Program-made: the position numbers and the translations under genes
Shown: positions 40,246-54,272 of the stretch, one piece after another
How the letters are laid out: every line of letters begins with the position of its first letter
Numbering within the stretch: the stretch's first letter is position 1
Notes under the pieces: model-generated
Seen by the model: the letters and a program-made list of their open reading frames with translations, nothing else
What the model was told of the DNA's origin: nothing
Databases searched by the model: none
DNA from: Vermamoeba vermiformis
Taxonomy: Eukaryota
Assembly: GCA_045837725.1 (NCBI GenBank)
Contig: JBEWZL010000243.1
Span: 310,001-374,000 of the forward strand
Direction of reading: 5' to 3'
Length of the DNA: 64,000 nucleotides

Positions 40246-43200
40246 ATGCAGCGCTTGATCTTAATAATTTTAGCTGTTACTGTTGGATGTGCTCTAGCAA
40301 ACGTGTCTGCAGGCACGATAACGCTTGGCATGTCGTTGACTACAACACCTGTGGGCAGCACTCGCGCTCAACAAGGCTCTAACATATTGAATGGACTCAA
40401 CCTTTGGCTTGACGCCATCAACTCGACAAGCGCCCCCATCCGAGGCCAGAATTACAGATTTGAGCTGAAGATCCTAGACGACGACGGAACAATTGAAAAA
40501 ATAACCTCCAACTACCAGCAGCTCATGAACGACTCTACGGTAGACTTCTTGCTCGGTCCCGTTGGATCTGAAACTAGCAATCCGATTAGCCAACTTACCA
40601 ACTCGAGCCAAAGACTGCTCATCGGCACTTCAGTTGGTTCAGTTGACTTCTACACCAATATGGCCTACTCTTTCAGCGTTGTTCCGGCCGCAACACGCTG
40701 TCCAACCATCAGCTATCCGTACTTCAGACTGAAAGGCAGCACCAAGATTGCTCTAATGATCTCTCAAGCAAGAAATCCTAAAGAAGCATGCTCTGGCATC
40801 AACGATCAAACGGTAAGTTATTGATACACCTCTTGCTGTTTCTGTTCGGAATTATTTTGCAAGATCCCGGCATTACCTTTGATATATATTGCTTATAATG
40901 TCATATTTAGAGTGGAGTAAGTACTCAGAGTACTTTTATCATAATTTCCAATCCGTTTCAATCTCGCGAGGTAACCATTGTGTCAGTGCGTTTATTAACT
41001 CGGATTTGTAGGCGGCAGCAAACGGATTGGAAATTGTTGCCAGCTATCAAATTAATTCCAGTCTCGGTAATATTAGTGAATACGCGCAAACACAAATCGA
41101 AGATATGGTCACAGTAAGTTAAATAATCCGTCATTCAATCACTTCAATTATGTTAATTTAATTTCTCCGACTGTATGCCGACACTTCGTATTCATTAACG
41201 CAATCGTTAATAGGACCTCAAAACCAAAGAAGTTGATGCTGTTATTGGCTGCGCTTTTGGTGATACAGGAGAGCTAATTATGGAACAGTTTAGAGCTCAA
41301 AACTTTGCTCCAAAATTCGTCACGTTTTTGCCGTTCGATACTCAATACTCTAATATCGACACTGGTCTTAGCGACTTTATTACTGGATGTTCAAGAGTAA
41401 GTAACTTTGCGCAAGTTTACGGATGTCCCCAAAAAGGAAATTTCAGTTCGAGTCCAAGTTTCAGGATGTCTACTGTTCGTAATGATCAATCAAATCTTAA
41501 TTTGTGGCATTAAGGTCACATAATCCTTAAATTCTAAATTGATTCGTTAATAGTTTGAAGCCGGAGCCAACTTCGTCAAAGATCCTGTCTTCGGAGGTAC
41601 TCAAAAGTTCGTGCAAGCTTATCAGGCCAAGTACGGAGCTACTCCAGACGATTATGCGGCCTTTGGCGCCATGTCGGGCATTCTCTACCAGATTTCCATT
41701 CAGGTAAGTTTGCAACTTTTTAACATTAAATTTCTTGATACATTCAGAAAGCGAAAGTATATCATATATTTATAGCGCGTACTAACAATAGCCCATTAAT
41801 TAATAGAACGCAGTCTCGTTTTCTCAAGACGCAGTCCGCGACTCAGTCGAACGATTCAATGAAGACACCTTCATGGGCCAAGTCTTCTTTGGCGTCGATC
41901 ATAGCAATCAAATGTCGTGCTTGTATGTACAAATGGTCAATGGCTCACGCATGGTCGTTGGTCCTCCTTTGGCGCAGTTGACTTCATTCGACGTAATCGA
42001 TCCTTTTCCAACGTGGGAAGAACGAACTTTTGTGCGCACTTTCAACGGTAAATATCTTACGATAAGGTCCATAGGTGAGATACTAATGATGCTCTTAGTG
42101 TACGAGGCTGAATGGGTCTTCTTCAGCTTGGCTCTCATTGGAAATGCATTCTCGCTCGGTTTGTTGATCTACGTTATTGCGGCCCGAGACTCGCCTATTA
42201 TTAAGTAAGTCGTATCATAGCGCTGTTTATTTATTCTCGTACTAACTATACAACAGGGCAAGCTCACCGAACCTCCTGATCATTTTCTTGATCGGATCCA
42301 TGTTCCTCTACTCAAGCATCTTTACTTGGACCTTGTCTAACGTTAGCGCTGCGTCATGTTACATCCAGTCTTGGATTCTTTCCTTTGGATGGACCATTAT
42401 GTTCGGGTACGTAATGCCATACGTCGCAATTAGTCGCGCGCTGGATGGATCTAACTAATTTCATCGTAGAGCTTTGATTGCTAAATCTTGGCGTGTATAT
42501 AAGCTCAGCAGCAACAAATCACTTCAAATCTTCAAGATTACCGATGCTCAATTGGTCTTCATTATTTTGGGTCTTTTGGCGGGCAATATTGTAAGCACTG
42601 GATCCGCTCTTCAACCCTGAACTATACTCTAATACTAGTACAGATTGTCTGTGCGGTGCAAGCAGGTGTTGTGGACATGAACCCTATCCGCGTTCACGTC
42701 GACGAGTACCGCCCTATTTACGACTACGAACAATGCCCTGAAGACGGTGCAGTGATTGGCATTGCTGCTAGTTTGATCGCGTATAACGTAAGAAAATTGT
42801 TAACAATACCTCGGTATGCCTATCGTTCTAACACCATGTGATTAGGGTGTGTTGTGCATCGCTGGCTTGATAATCGCTTGGAAGATTAGAAAATTGCGAT
42901 ACTCCGTGTACAACGAGTCAAAGATCATCGCGTTCTCCGTAAGTACAAGCTACACTATGACTATCAGTCAGTAGTACTCACCAAACCTGCACTTTAGATG
43001 TACAACGCAGCCTTCTTCGCGATCCTTGTAATTGTGCTGCAATTCACGCACGCCACGGAACGAGAGTTGCTGTACATATTGAGAAGTGCTGGCATCATGC
43101 TTGGAACTGGTACGTCGATGCGATTGAAGTTTGACACTTTGACACCTGTCATTGACCCTTAATTTTACAGCTGTCAGCGTGGCCACTCTGTTCGTCACGA

Positions 43201-43586
43201 AATTGACCATGGATCGTGAAAAACATTCTTCAAGCTTCAAGTCTGCTGCTCCAATCACATCATCGACCTATGGCTCGAGCTATAATCAGAACTCTTCTTA
43301 TGCCTCCACTGACGCTTTGAGAGCTGCGGATCTGCAGAAGAAACTCGAAGCCAGAGAAGAGGAACTAGCTCAAATGAAGAAGAAGAAAGGCCCAACTGAC
43401 AGCGATGCCGTCTACTATCAAACCAAATACGAGCAGTTGTACTCGGAGAATCAGGCATTGAAGAACGAAATGTTCAAGTTGAAGGATCTGCTCGAAAAAA
43501 CTAACAAACGACAGAGCGTACCTCAAACACCGAACAGCTACCAACCTAACTCTACTTCGTCTACTGAAGATAGTGTTGAGAATTAA
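40246..43586 (+). CDS. Class C (GABA-B/Grl-like) G protein-coupled receptor
   Basis: Signal peptide, periplasmic-binding-protein-like ectodomain, 7TM_3 motifs (IIK.ASSP, ALIAKSWRVYKL, YNESKIIAFSMYN), C-terminal coiled coil; many short introns. Confidence 0.9.
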
Positions 43587-43708
43587 TGTGAATATTAAAT
43601 GTAAACTAAGTTGTAATATAATTAAATTAGAAATATTAAGAATTAGTTCTGCCGCAATTTCTACAAGGTTTTATTAACAAAAAAAAGGTGTGGACAATAT
43701 TATTAAGA

Positions 43709-46312
43709 TCATATACTGCCCTTAATATCCATCTGATCATCAATTGCGTTCACAAACAACGGATTGTCGATCAGCAGATCTTTAAAACAGCGCAAAAATA
43801 CTTTGTCCGCCGTTTGTGGCGCATGCTTGCACATGACTTTGACTGACTCGTACATGTTAGCATAGGACTCGATGCCTGGCCAGCGTCCTTCGTCCAAATA
43901 GATCTCGAACAATCTCGCGAGATGCAGCGGAGATTTAACAGCGCATCTGAAGCCCGAGAACTCTTCGCCTTCCCTTTTTAGGAAGCCCCAGAACTGTCGC
44001 AATACTTCAAAGTTGTTGTTTTGAGCGCGGTATAACTCTACGAGCCTAAAAAATGACACGTGTCAGAGTGACATTTGCGAAATAGTTGCAAAGCTTAGAC
44101 GAACCTGTATGCAAACACAGTGACAAAGTAGAGCTGGTCGTGGACACTAGGGAGATTGAAATCTGGTTCTTCGTCGTAGACTTGCAATAAGAAGTCCCGT
44201 AATTGTTCGCGAGTAGTGCACTCGTACATCATTCTGCGCGTCAATTTGACAGTTGAAGGTGACACTTGCGAGGTATCTAATGCTCCAATGTCAATGCTAG
44301 GTCTATATAGATATCAAGACCGACGTACCTAACAAGCCATTCAATGCGCGGACGAATGGGTGGGTCATCTTCAGTTTGTTCAGTTTGACCACATCCGTCG
44401 TGAACGCATCCAGCGAACCAGTCATGAACGAGAGCTCGGCATGCAAAGAGTATAATATTTGCAAGAATTCTTTGCAGCGTTGCAATTTCTTGTCGACACC
44501 TTGCACACTGATCCGCATCTCGCTGTACGCCTTGAAGTCTTTTTCATTGACCATTTTAGGAAAGTCTTCGATAGTCTCGCTCAAAGTCGCAGAGATATCG
44601 CCGCTAGAACGCAGCGAGGGTCCTGCATCCTCGACATTTAAACTCGTATGACCGTTCATTGCATCTTTTTCCTGCTGTTCAATCACCCTTTTGACGATTT
44701 TGATTTCTTCAGCGCGCTTAATCTCGACGACACATTCGTCCATGAGTGCCGTCAATTCTTTTTCGGCCTCGTCAATGCGATTTTGACTGATCAACAGGCC
44801 GTACATGAACGACAAGGGATAGCTGTAGCTCTTGTTATTGTGCACCGCGTACTTGCAGTCATCGATCGATTTTTCGATCTGATTCAATTGGTAGTAACAT
44901 CTATAAAAGGAAATGATTACTGTCACGTTCAAAACAAATGACACTTCAAGTGTCAACGTGTCAAAAAAAATGGATCTAGATCCAGATCTCCTTACCTGCT
45001 ACGGAAATAATAGACCTCGCATAGCTTTGAGTTGATAGCTATGATGGCATTATAGTCCTCGAGTGCCTTCTCCCAATTTCTCATATCTTCCCAGATCGTG
45101 GTTCTGTTGTAATAGGCTCTAACATGATGGGGATGTTGAGCGATAGACATATTGTAGTATTCGAATGCCTTGTTAATATCTGCCTTCTCGTAGTGAATGT
45201 AACCGATGTTCTATATTAAGCAAGTCGTTAGTTCTCGTACAAAAGAATAAATTCGATCCGTAAAGATCAAAACTTACGTTGTAAACTACGGGTTTTCGGT
45301 TATAGTCCATAGTGATTATTTTCTCATAATCAGCGAGTTCTTTAGCCTGATAGTGCATCTTGGTATCTTTTGTGGCTAATTTGAACATAATAAATGCTGC
45401 AGCAAAAAATAAGTAATTAATATCGGTTAAAAAATCGGAAAATTCGATAAATTACCTCTTTGGTGGTAGAATCTAGGCTCATTAGGATTGATCTCAATAG
45501 CTGTATTGATCTCTTCATAGGCTTTTTGCCATTTCTTGTTGCTAATGTGGATGTAGGCGCGTAGTAGACATTTCTCGCCTTCATCTTCGGACAACTCAAT
45601 TGCGCGTTCAAAATCTCGAATAGCATAATCGGTCTGAACACAAATTAATTAAAATTCGAGCATTATAAACGAATGCAGCAATTTTGAAATTGTATGGAAA
45701 TGTGCAACTGCCGGGAGTTAATTTAATCTAACCGGCGTAATCTCGCTATGCTATCGCTAATAATTACCTCGAATTTATATTCCCAGCACAATCCTCGCTT
45801 AGAATAGCCTAGAGCACAAGCAGGATCGAATTCCAGAAGCGTGTCGAAAATTTTCTAAAAATACAAGAAATAATTAGAATTCCAGCGCCATATAATTAAT
45901 ACGTGATATTAAAATATTTTTATGCCATTAATCTACGTTTAGAAGCGGATCTGGCCGTTTTAAAGGTTGACACTGGCCAGATCGCAACGACCTTTTTAAA
46001 TAATGCTTGAAAACTTACTATCGCCCTATCATAATCTTGTCGATCGATTTCATATTGACCCAATTCCAAAAACAGTTCTTGCTAGAGTTTTAGACCGGAT
46101 TAGTGAGTCGATCGAAATTAAGTTACATTGTATCATGTAAATTAGCTTTCATAACGTACCTGATGCAAGCTAGGATCCTTAGTGAAGCGATAAAATTGTT
46201 TGCAAACTTGGGAAACCTTGTAAAGCTGGGGAAGATCGAGGTAAATTAATACATCTAAAGCGATCTCTTCGGGTAGCGCACGAAAATAGTTTTGAGCGGG
46301 ACCCTCTTCCAT
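43709..46312 (-). CDS. F-box plus TPR-repeat protein
   Basis: F-box FRALPEEIALDVLIYLDLPQLYKVSQVCKQF followed by TPR-like repeats (e.g. HVRAYYNRTTIWEDMRNWEKALEDYNAII, CYYQLNQIEKSIDDCKYA). Confidence 0.82.
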
Positions 46313-46633
46313 CCAGTTACAACGTTCGGTGACCTTTTGTGCTCGTTTATTGATCACAGCAATCGATGAATGACAACCGACTTCACTGCTCATAAAATTG
46401 TTCTCCGCACGGTATTGGCTGACCATAAAAGGAAAATCTCAGATCAGCTTGATCGCAATAAATTGTTGCGTTGTGCTCTGTGCAATGTGACTTTGTAATG
46501 AAGTACAATCGCAAGCTGAATTTATAATTAAAAACAAATTTTATTATTAATCTAATTGTAAACCGGCCTAGATCTCGGTGGATCTGGTCGATTGCAAGTA
46601 CATTTCCGGAATATTCATGATATTACTATCGAA

Positions 46634-48046
46634 TTAAGCCTCCATAAACACCTTGATGACACCTTCGGATTTCTCTGAAAACTTCTTGTAGAATTCAGGA
46701 CCGTCAGTCAGCTTGCCGCGAGTAGTGACAACGAAGCGCGGGTCAAATTCGCCGGACAAGAGTTTAGGCACAATCAACGGCCAGTACTTTTGAGAAGGAC
46801 ATTGACCACCGCGGATCGTAAGATCTTTTTCCATCATTGCACCAACTGGGAAGTGATTAGCGTAACCAGTGTACACGCCGATGACTATAAATATGATGTG
46901 TTAGATCATATTGAAGAGAATCAAAAGTAAAGCAGATCTAACGTACCAGATACACGGCCGAACTTGCGAACACAAGTAAACATCTCAGAGAAGATGTCAG
47001 CAGTATCGGTCTCGAGACCAATGGCCATTTCGATCTTATGAGTCCAAGTCTTGGCGTATTCAAAACCAGCACATTCGATAGCCACATCCACGCCACCAGG
47101 GCACATTTCTTGAATGGCCTTCACTGTGTCCTTCTCCTTGAAGTTAATGACCTCAATACCGAGGGTGTTCTTGGCAAGGTCCAAACGGTCAGGTACGCAA
47201 TCAATGCCAATGACGCGTTTGGCCTTGCGAATCTGGCACCAACGAGCCGCTAGCAAACCAATAGGACCCAAGCCCCAAATAGCAACAGTGTCGCCTTCTT
47301 TGACCTCACCGAGCTCGGTGCCGTGGTAGGCAGTAGGAATAATGTCGGACAAGAAGAGAGCGACGTCGTTGGGAAGTTGATCGGGCACCACCAAACAGTT
47401 CACATCCGCGAAAGGAACACGTACGTACTCGGCTTGACCTCCGGGAACACCACCAGTCAAGTGAGAGTAGCCATAAATCGCCGAGGTGCGGTGACCGTAC
47501 ATAGTTTCCATCAATTTGGAGGGATTGGTCGTGTCGCAAGCTAGCGATAAGATCAGATCATCGAAAAGTTTTTCAAAGTGCAAATGTACTAAATACTTAC
47601 CAGTATATTCTTGTCTCTTACAATAATCGCAAGTACCGCAAGCAATACCAAAGGCTACGACAACGCGTTGACCAGTTTTAATGTTCTTCACTTCAGGGCC
47701 AACTTCTTGGACAATACCCATAAATTCGTGGCCGAGAATATCTCCCTTGTGCATATCAGGAGTAGCGTTAGAGTACATGTGCAAGTCCGAACCGCAAATA
47801 GTCGTCGCGGTAATCTTCAAGATGATATCGCGAGGATCCGTGATCAATGGACGCGGAGCATCGATTAGACGAATGTCTCGCTTGCCGTACCACGCCAAAG
47901 CGTGCATTTTGCGAGACTCGTCGACCTTAGGTTGAGTGGGGGTGCTAGTAGGCTATAAGAAATGTTAGTATTGTTGTGTAAAGGCGAGATCTGGCACGTA
48001 CCACTTGGCCCAAAGCCACATCAGCAGTTTTAAATAGAGTGTTCAT
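46634..48046 (-). CDS. Zn-dependent medium-chain dehydrogenase (glutathione-independent formaldehyde dehydrogenase/YbdR-like)
   Basis: TTICGSDLHMY, GHEFMG, structural Zn CGTCDYC...C, GYSHLTGGVPGGQAEYVRVP, LSDIIPTAY, WGLGPIG. Confidence 0.93.
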
Positions 48047-48740
48047 GTTGTAATGCAGTAATGAGTGATTAAAAACATTGCCCCCTCGAGTGGTATTTAT
48101 ATCAGCTGGTCGCAAGACGGCCCTGGGAGTACATTGGGTGGCAATGATACATAGATGTCAAGTAGAATAAATAGAAAATTCTGCCTCATAAACAATTTAT
48201 GTGCTAAAGCATGCGCTAGTGCGTGATGGAAGAAAGGAAGACATTCCTCGTGCGAGAAAAATGCAGGCTGTAATAATTGCAATCAGGTTTGATCTGCAAC
48301 AACTATTTCCCGAGCGAATAATTATCAATTTTCTCCTAAGAAATTTATAAAAAATATTCTCTTGCCTTTTCTACAGGGAGTAGACGCACAGTGAGCAAAT
48401 TGTCAAATCTCCCTACAGCCGTCTACCTATTGTCAAATTAGTTATAACCTTTATCCATAACGCTTCTTAGGTTGTTTAGTGATATTTGTGTGGTATTTAA
48501 ACAAGAATAACGCAAAATGATCAATTGAAGTTCGGTGGCTTTTTTCGCGCGCAATTTTCTTAGCTGCTACCCGAACCACCACACTTCTTTCGATTATCAC
48601 ATTTCAGCTTAGAGGCTCATTCAAATATGATCCTCGAGCGTTTAGTGGTTTGATTTCGCCCAAGATCAGATTTGTGCATCCAACCATCCCAATAGCAACG
48701 GATGAATTCTCTGTAATTCAACTAACGAATACAATATACA

Positions 48741-51700
48741 ATGGACGAAGCTCCACGTAAGTATTATTATTAATAGCGGCGTATTTGCACGAGGCCATTT
48801 ATTGCTTGACAGAATTATTTATTATATTCGATACTCACTTTGCTGCACGGTCTGAAATATCAGCAAGGCCATAATAGTAACAATATAATTATTATGCGAT
48901 CTTAATTAGTGGAATTACGAATTTTGGTGCAGAATTAAAAAGTGATCGTCGATCGCATCGTGCACTTCTCCTCGCTTTTTCTCATTTTTGCTAACCGATT
49001 ATTTAATATTATACAGGCAAAATATTATCGCTATCAGAATGGGAATCGATGTACGAGCGAATGGTAGCAATGGCCGGCGTTACAGCCAAAACCCTGAATA
49101 GCTTCGACCAAATATCGCACAAAGCTCAGGTAAAATACTAAACTAATATAATAATACATATAAGCATGGTTTAGCACGAAACTATTATGAGCTCACAGAT
49201 CAGATCAGCTGACCTCGCAGATCATTTCGTTTTGCAATATTGATTCTAATCGATTTAATATTTCCTATTATAGGTCTATGGCGAGGCCATGCCTCTACTA
49301 GTCGATGCTCTAATCGATATCGCTCAAATCAAACCTACCGACGTGTTCTTCGATATTGGATCCGGTACGGGCTCTCAATATTCTCATTTTCGAGTAAATC
49401 TAACGAACCCTTATTATCCAGGTATTGGAAACATCGTTTTACAAATTGCTGCTCAAACTGGTTGCAAGGCTTACGGGATCGAGATCCGTGAAGATCTGCA
49501 CCAATTGGCAGAAGGACTGCTCGAGCAATTCAACAAAGAATATACCTCGCGCAATATGACGGCACCTGAAGTAAAACTTATAGGCGTAAGATCTTAAAGC
49601 TGTTCATATACCACAGATTCTGATTGATCTATCTAGGGTGACGCGCTGGCGGACTCGTTCGAAATCGACCAGTACTACGTCAATTCAACGATCGTGTTCA
49701 TGAACAATTGGTGCTTCCCGCCAAGCCTTGAACGAGGGCTGTGTCTCAAGTTCGAAGCAATGCTGCAGAAGGACGTCAAGCTCATTGCTCTCAAGGTACG
49801 CGCACGAGTCATTTTTGTGCCCTGAAGAACAGTTTGATTAACTTTGTTATAGAACTTGTTCCCGCGAGAAGAGCCATGGAAACAACGTTATCGAGACTCG
49901 CCCGTGCAGATTTTCAAGTACGTGACCACGAGATTTTATCATTTTTTTCTAACTTTTGTAGAATGCCGTGGGAGCGTTACAAGTTTCCTGAAGGCTGTAT
50001 TTCATGGGCACACAGACCAATCACAGCGTACATTTACACCGTTGACAGAGAGTTCGATTTTGACAAGAAAGTTGCGTTTTTTGACGCGCAATGGAAGAAG
50101 AACAAAAATTACAAAGGACGAGTCACGCACATGGTTCACTTCGATGAAAGCAGCAAGATGCAGGTCAAAGAAGTCGACGAGACCGAAGAAAAACAGAAAA
50201 AACCGAAAGAAAACAAACTGCCGAAAGTCAATGACTTCGTTGATCTCGTTTCATCGCGCGACAGTGCCAGTAGCTCGGGCAGTGTTAAAGCACCCAAGCC
50301 TAAGCCACAGCCATCGGCCAACGGAGGTCCGCCCAAGCCTCGAAAGTTCAGAAGGCGAGGCAAAACACCGTTCTTGACCGACCGTGAAGGAGACGATTAC
50401 ATCTGTTTGACGTGCAGGGCTAAAGATAGAATGCCTTGGAGGTTCAAAATGTCGCAACAAATCGCAGCACACGTGCGATTACATCAGTTCAATCCGTACA
50501 AGTTTGACGATGACGACGAGGGATCAGAAGATGACGAAGTGAGCGTGAGCAACACCAACACGAACGTGCCGTTGATCGATATCTCCAACGAGAAATCAGT
50601 TACCAAGAACGGTGCTGACGAGTTTGCAGCTCTGATCTCGCTCATGTATATCGCAGGGTCTGAAACTGCCATGCAAATAGACCCGACACCGACAGAGCCC
50701 GCCGCCGAACTAACACCCGTTGTCAACAACGAAAATATTCAGCCTGAGAAGGAGAAAGAAATGAAGGAGCAAGAGCAGCCTCCAATTAATACGAGCTCAA
50801 AGAAGGCTACTGAATTGAACATGAGCAGTCGACTGACGGACTCACTGACTATTGACCCTGCGGAGATTCAACGGACACGAGAACGGCTGGCAGAGAAAGA
50901 AAAGGCAAAAGAGGCTGCCAAGGCCAATGGCGAGGTGCCTAAGCAACCCAAGAAGCCTAAAATCAAGGATGGAAACAGTGCTCACAAAGAAGGCACTGAG
51001 GACAAGAAAAAGAGCGGAGAAAAGGCGACTCCTCCAAATGGCTTGAAAACGAGCAAAGATAAGTCGAAGAAAGCGGTAGCTGTTGTGCCTCTGAGCAACA
51101 CGTCCAACCCGCCTAAAGTTGTTACCAGCCCCGAGCCGGATGAAAAATGTAAGTGATGTTTGTGCACGAATGCACGTCCGTGTTATTAATCCTTTCGTAG
51201 ACATTGTTGTTGACGGCCAGGCGTTTGAGATGTCTGGCGGTGAGTTAAGGCCCGTTTCACTACGACGAGCAACGGCACACGAGCCCAAGTCCAAAAGAAT
51301 CATTGACAATTTTCCCGAACTGCCGTCTGAACGTCGCTCTCGCAAGGGTCTGACCAAGTCGAAAAACGACAACACGGCGACAAGTGAGACCAACAAACCA
51401 AGTGACAACAATGTGAATGAGGAGAAGCAAACTAACGTGACTGAGCAACCTGCCGAGTTGGCCAGCGAAAAGCCTGAACAGCTGACAATACAGTCGGCAT
51501 TGACACCATTCAATCCCGAGCACTTTGCATTGCAAGATCGATTCCGCTCGCCAATGAATAGTGAGCCTGGTCCTGACTTCCCAGGTGTGCTCCCAGCTGT
51601 GATGCAGCACTTCAATGCACACTCCTCGGCACCTCCACCAACCATCAATGGATACATGCACCTCAGCAACAAGAGTCACACGTGAAACCGAACGAGACTG

Positions 51701-54170
51701 CTAAGCCTGCGGAGGGAGTAAAGTCACCGACGAATCAACGTCCGAGCCCAATCAATGGCATCAAACCGAAGAGGCCACAGCCTCCGTCATCGAACTTGGT
51801 CGACGCACTTCCTGTGGTTAGGTCTTCGACCCCAGATGTGGTTGCAAAACGTGTCAATGAGTTGACTAAGTCTGATGAGGCTTGGCGAACCAAACGACCT
51901 CAGGAGACTGAACAACAAGCAGCTCCCTCTAACACAGAGGCGCCAGTTGATCACATGGATATTGTGCGAGACGAGCCCGCCTCAGAGAGCACACCGACCA
52001 TAGCTTCAGTGGAACAAGCGGCACAAGCCATGGATGTCACTCCGACCACGGTGGTGACTGACAAGGGAACGTCGGAGGCCGCAAGTACGGCTAACAGCGC
52101 TGGCGAGCACCTTACTGAACCCGTGCACGATCGTGCAGTTGATGAACTGCCCACTGCTGAAGTCACCGCGAGTCCCGCCGATACCTACATGAGCACGCAA
52201 CATGAAGTGGCACAAGCAGCTTCAAGTCAAACACAAAGGTTGAGCTTGTGGACTCACCTATTGCTGAAGCAAGACCCACCTTTGAAGAGCCCAGGTCCAT
52301 TGTTGTGCTTGACGCGCCAAATGAAGCTACCGTGACAGTTGAATCTAAGTTCGAGGAAGGTTCAGTCCCCGAGCTGATTGTCACTCCTGCAGTTATTGAG
52401 CAACAACCAACACCTGTACTCGCCTCAAGCGAGGAAATGAGCGCCTCAGAACGAGAATCAGCCAAGGACGAGCAGTCAAAATCAACCTCGAACAAGAAGC
52501 GAAAGAGAACTGCTTCAACGACTGAGCAATCTGATGCAACTAAGCAGGACGGCAGCAATACCGATGCGAGCAACACACCACAATCAGCTCAGCCCAAGCC
52601 CAAGAAGCGACGCTTTGAAAGCGAGTTGTCAGGCCTGTTCCACGGTCAAATCAACTACGACTACAAGATTGACAAGGAGTTCTTGTACTCGTCAAAGCGA
52701 AGTTGTGTCGTGAAGAAAGAGACCACCGCCGCGGCACCTAAAACACCCGCGCGACCCATGACGTCATCGCCACAACCACGTGCACGAAGTCGTAAAGCTG
52801 GTGCCAACGATCCCGCGCTCAAAACACCACCAGTTTCACCAATTAAATTCGATCTGAATGACGATGAAGAGCACAGCAACAAGCCCAAGCCCAAGAAAAA
52901 GAATAATACTAATAATAACAATAATACAAATAAGAACCCGGACCCTGAACCGATTAACACCAATGAAAACAAACCAAAATCTAGCCCTACAAAAGAACCC
53001 AAGAAAATTACCGAGAAAACCATCGAAAAGACCACAACCAGCACACCAGAAGAGCCCACAGAAGTCAACACCAACAAGGCACCAGCGAGGCCCAGATCGA
53101 AGTCAAAGAGCAAACCCAAAGATTTGGCTGAGAGCATTCTCGCGAAAGTGTCGAACTTGACACCAATCAAAAACGCCAACAAAAATCTGCCCAAGCCCAA
53201 ATTTCCATCCAAGTCCAAGAAGTCGTCGGCCTCGCGCTCCGAATCACCGTCAACTTCAACCCCGTCCTCGCCTTCAAAACATGCGCCGTTAGTTCGCAAC
53301 GCTTCAACAGCTGCAGCACTATTGCTCCTCGCTTCTGAAAAAGAATTGCTTGAGACACCTGTCACCAGCACTCCATTCAACGAATGCTCTGGTCCCTGAA
53401 GCCTTGTCAAACAATGAACAGATTGCCTTGTCAGCTGTCATGACCACTGATATGGAGATTGTTGCCGATCATGCCCTTCAAGACCAACACGAGGCCGTCG
53501 CTAACAAGCCCGCAGAACGGCAGATTGTTGACATTTCTGGTCAAAACTACGCTGAACCCGAGCGTATGATTGACATTGCTACTGACGCTGATGCCCAAGA
53601 AGCACCTGTCAGCACGGAAAAGGTTCCTACAACTGTGCAAACAGACTCAGCACACGAGCCCGAACACCGTAAGTAACACGTGCTGACACTTCCGAGCTGC
53701 AAGTCTAACTCATATTAGATGTCCCCGAGAACGGTGAAAATGTGCCGAGCGAACAACGAGTAGACATAGTTCAAGAGTCACAGCAGTCCAAGAGTGCGGA
53801 GCATTCAGTGGCAGCAGCTGAAGTCGAGCCAATGTCAGACCAATCAGTGGACCAGACAATGAACGATTCAGAGAACAACAAGCTGCTGAATGAAGCTATT
53901 GAGGCCCATGTTATAAGCAGGCAAGCTGCACCTGAAGCTGCTTCAGCACGACCGAGCAATGGTGGTGCAGATCCAGCCCCTGTCGCCAACATGTCACTGC
54001 TGCAGTCCATCGAGTACTTGAAGAACTCATCACTCGTGGAGCCTGCTGGCACTGTTGATGTCTTGCCTGACAATGAACAGAGCTCGTACTTTGCCACAAT
54101 AGCTAATTATCAAGACGTGGATGATGAGGCTGAGGACGATGATATATTATTATTGCCTACAGACAGTTGA
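48741..54170 (+). CDS. DOT1: DOT1-like histone H3K79 methyltransferase with C2H2-type finger and very long disordered tail (tail has three apparent frameshifts)
   Basis: Spliced N-terminus VYGEAMP...VFFDIGSGIGNIVLQIAAQTGCKAYGIE...FMNNWCF matches DOT1 motifs; downstream Ser/Pro/Lys/Glu-rich ORFs change frame at ~51655, ~52236 and ~53375. Confidence 0.82.
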
Positions 54171-54272
54171 CCGAGCTAGATCTGGTTGAATGTGTTGTAG
54201 TTTTTGTATATAGCGATGTGTCGGATAATAATAAAATGTAAATAATTCGAATTGATATTAGGCAACATTATT

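Noticed and set aside
17915-43586. G-alpha and class C GPCR in the same window as a signalling 'operon'
   Set aside because: More than 20 kb apart with unrelated genes between; both are multigene families, so proximity is uninformative.
45948-45983. 9-bp inverted repeat GATCTGGCC/GGCCAGATC in an intron as a MITE
   Set aside because: Too short, no target-site duplication and no second full copy seen.
51561-51584. Possible 24-nt mini-intron (GTGAGC...CCCAG) in the DOT1 tail
   Set aside because: In frame, shorter than other introns here, and would not repair the downstream frame change.
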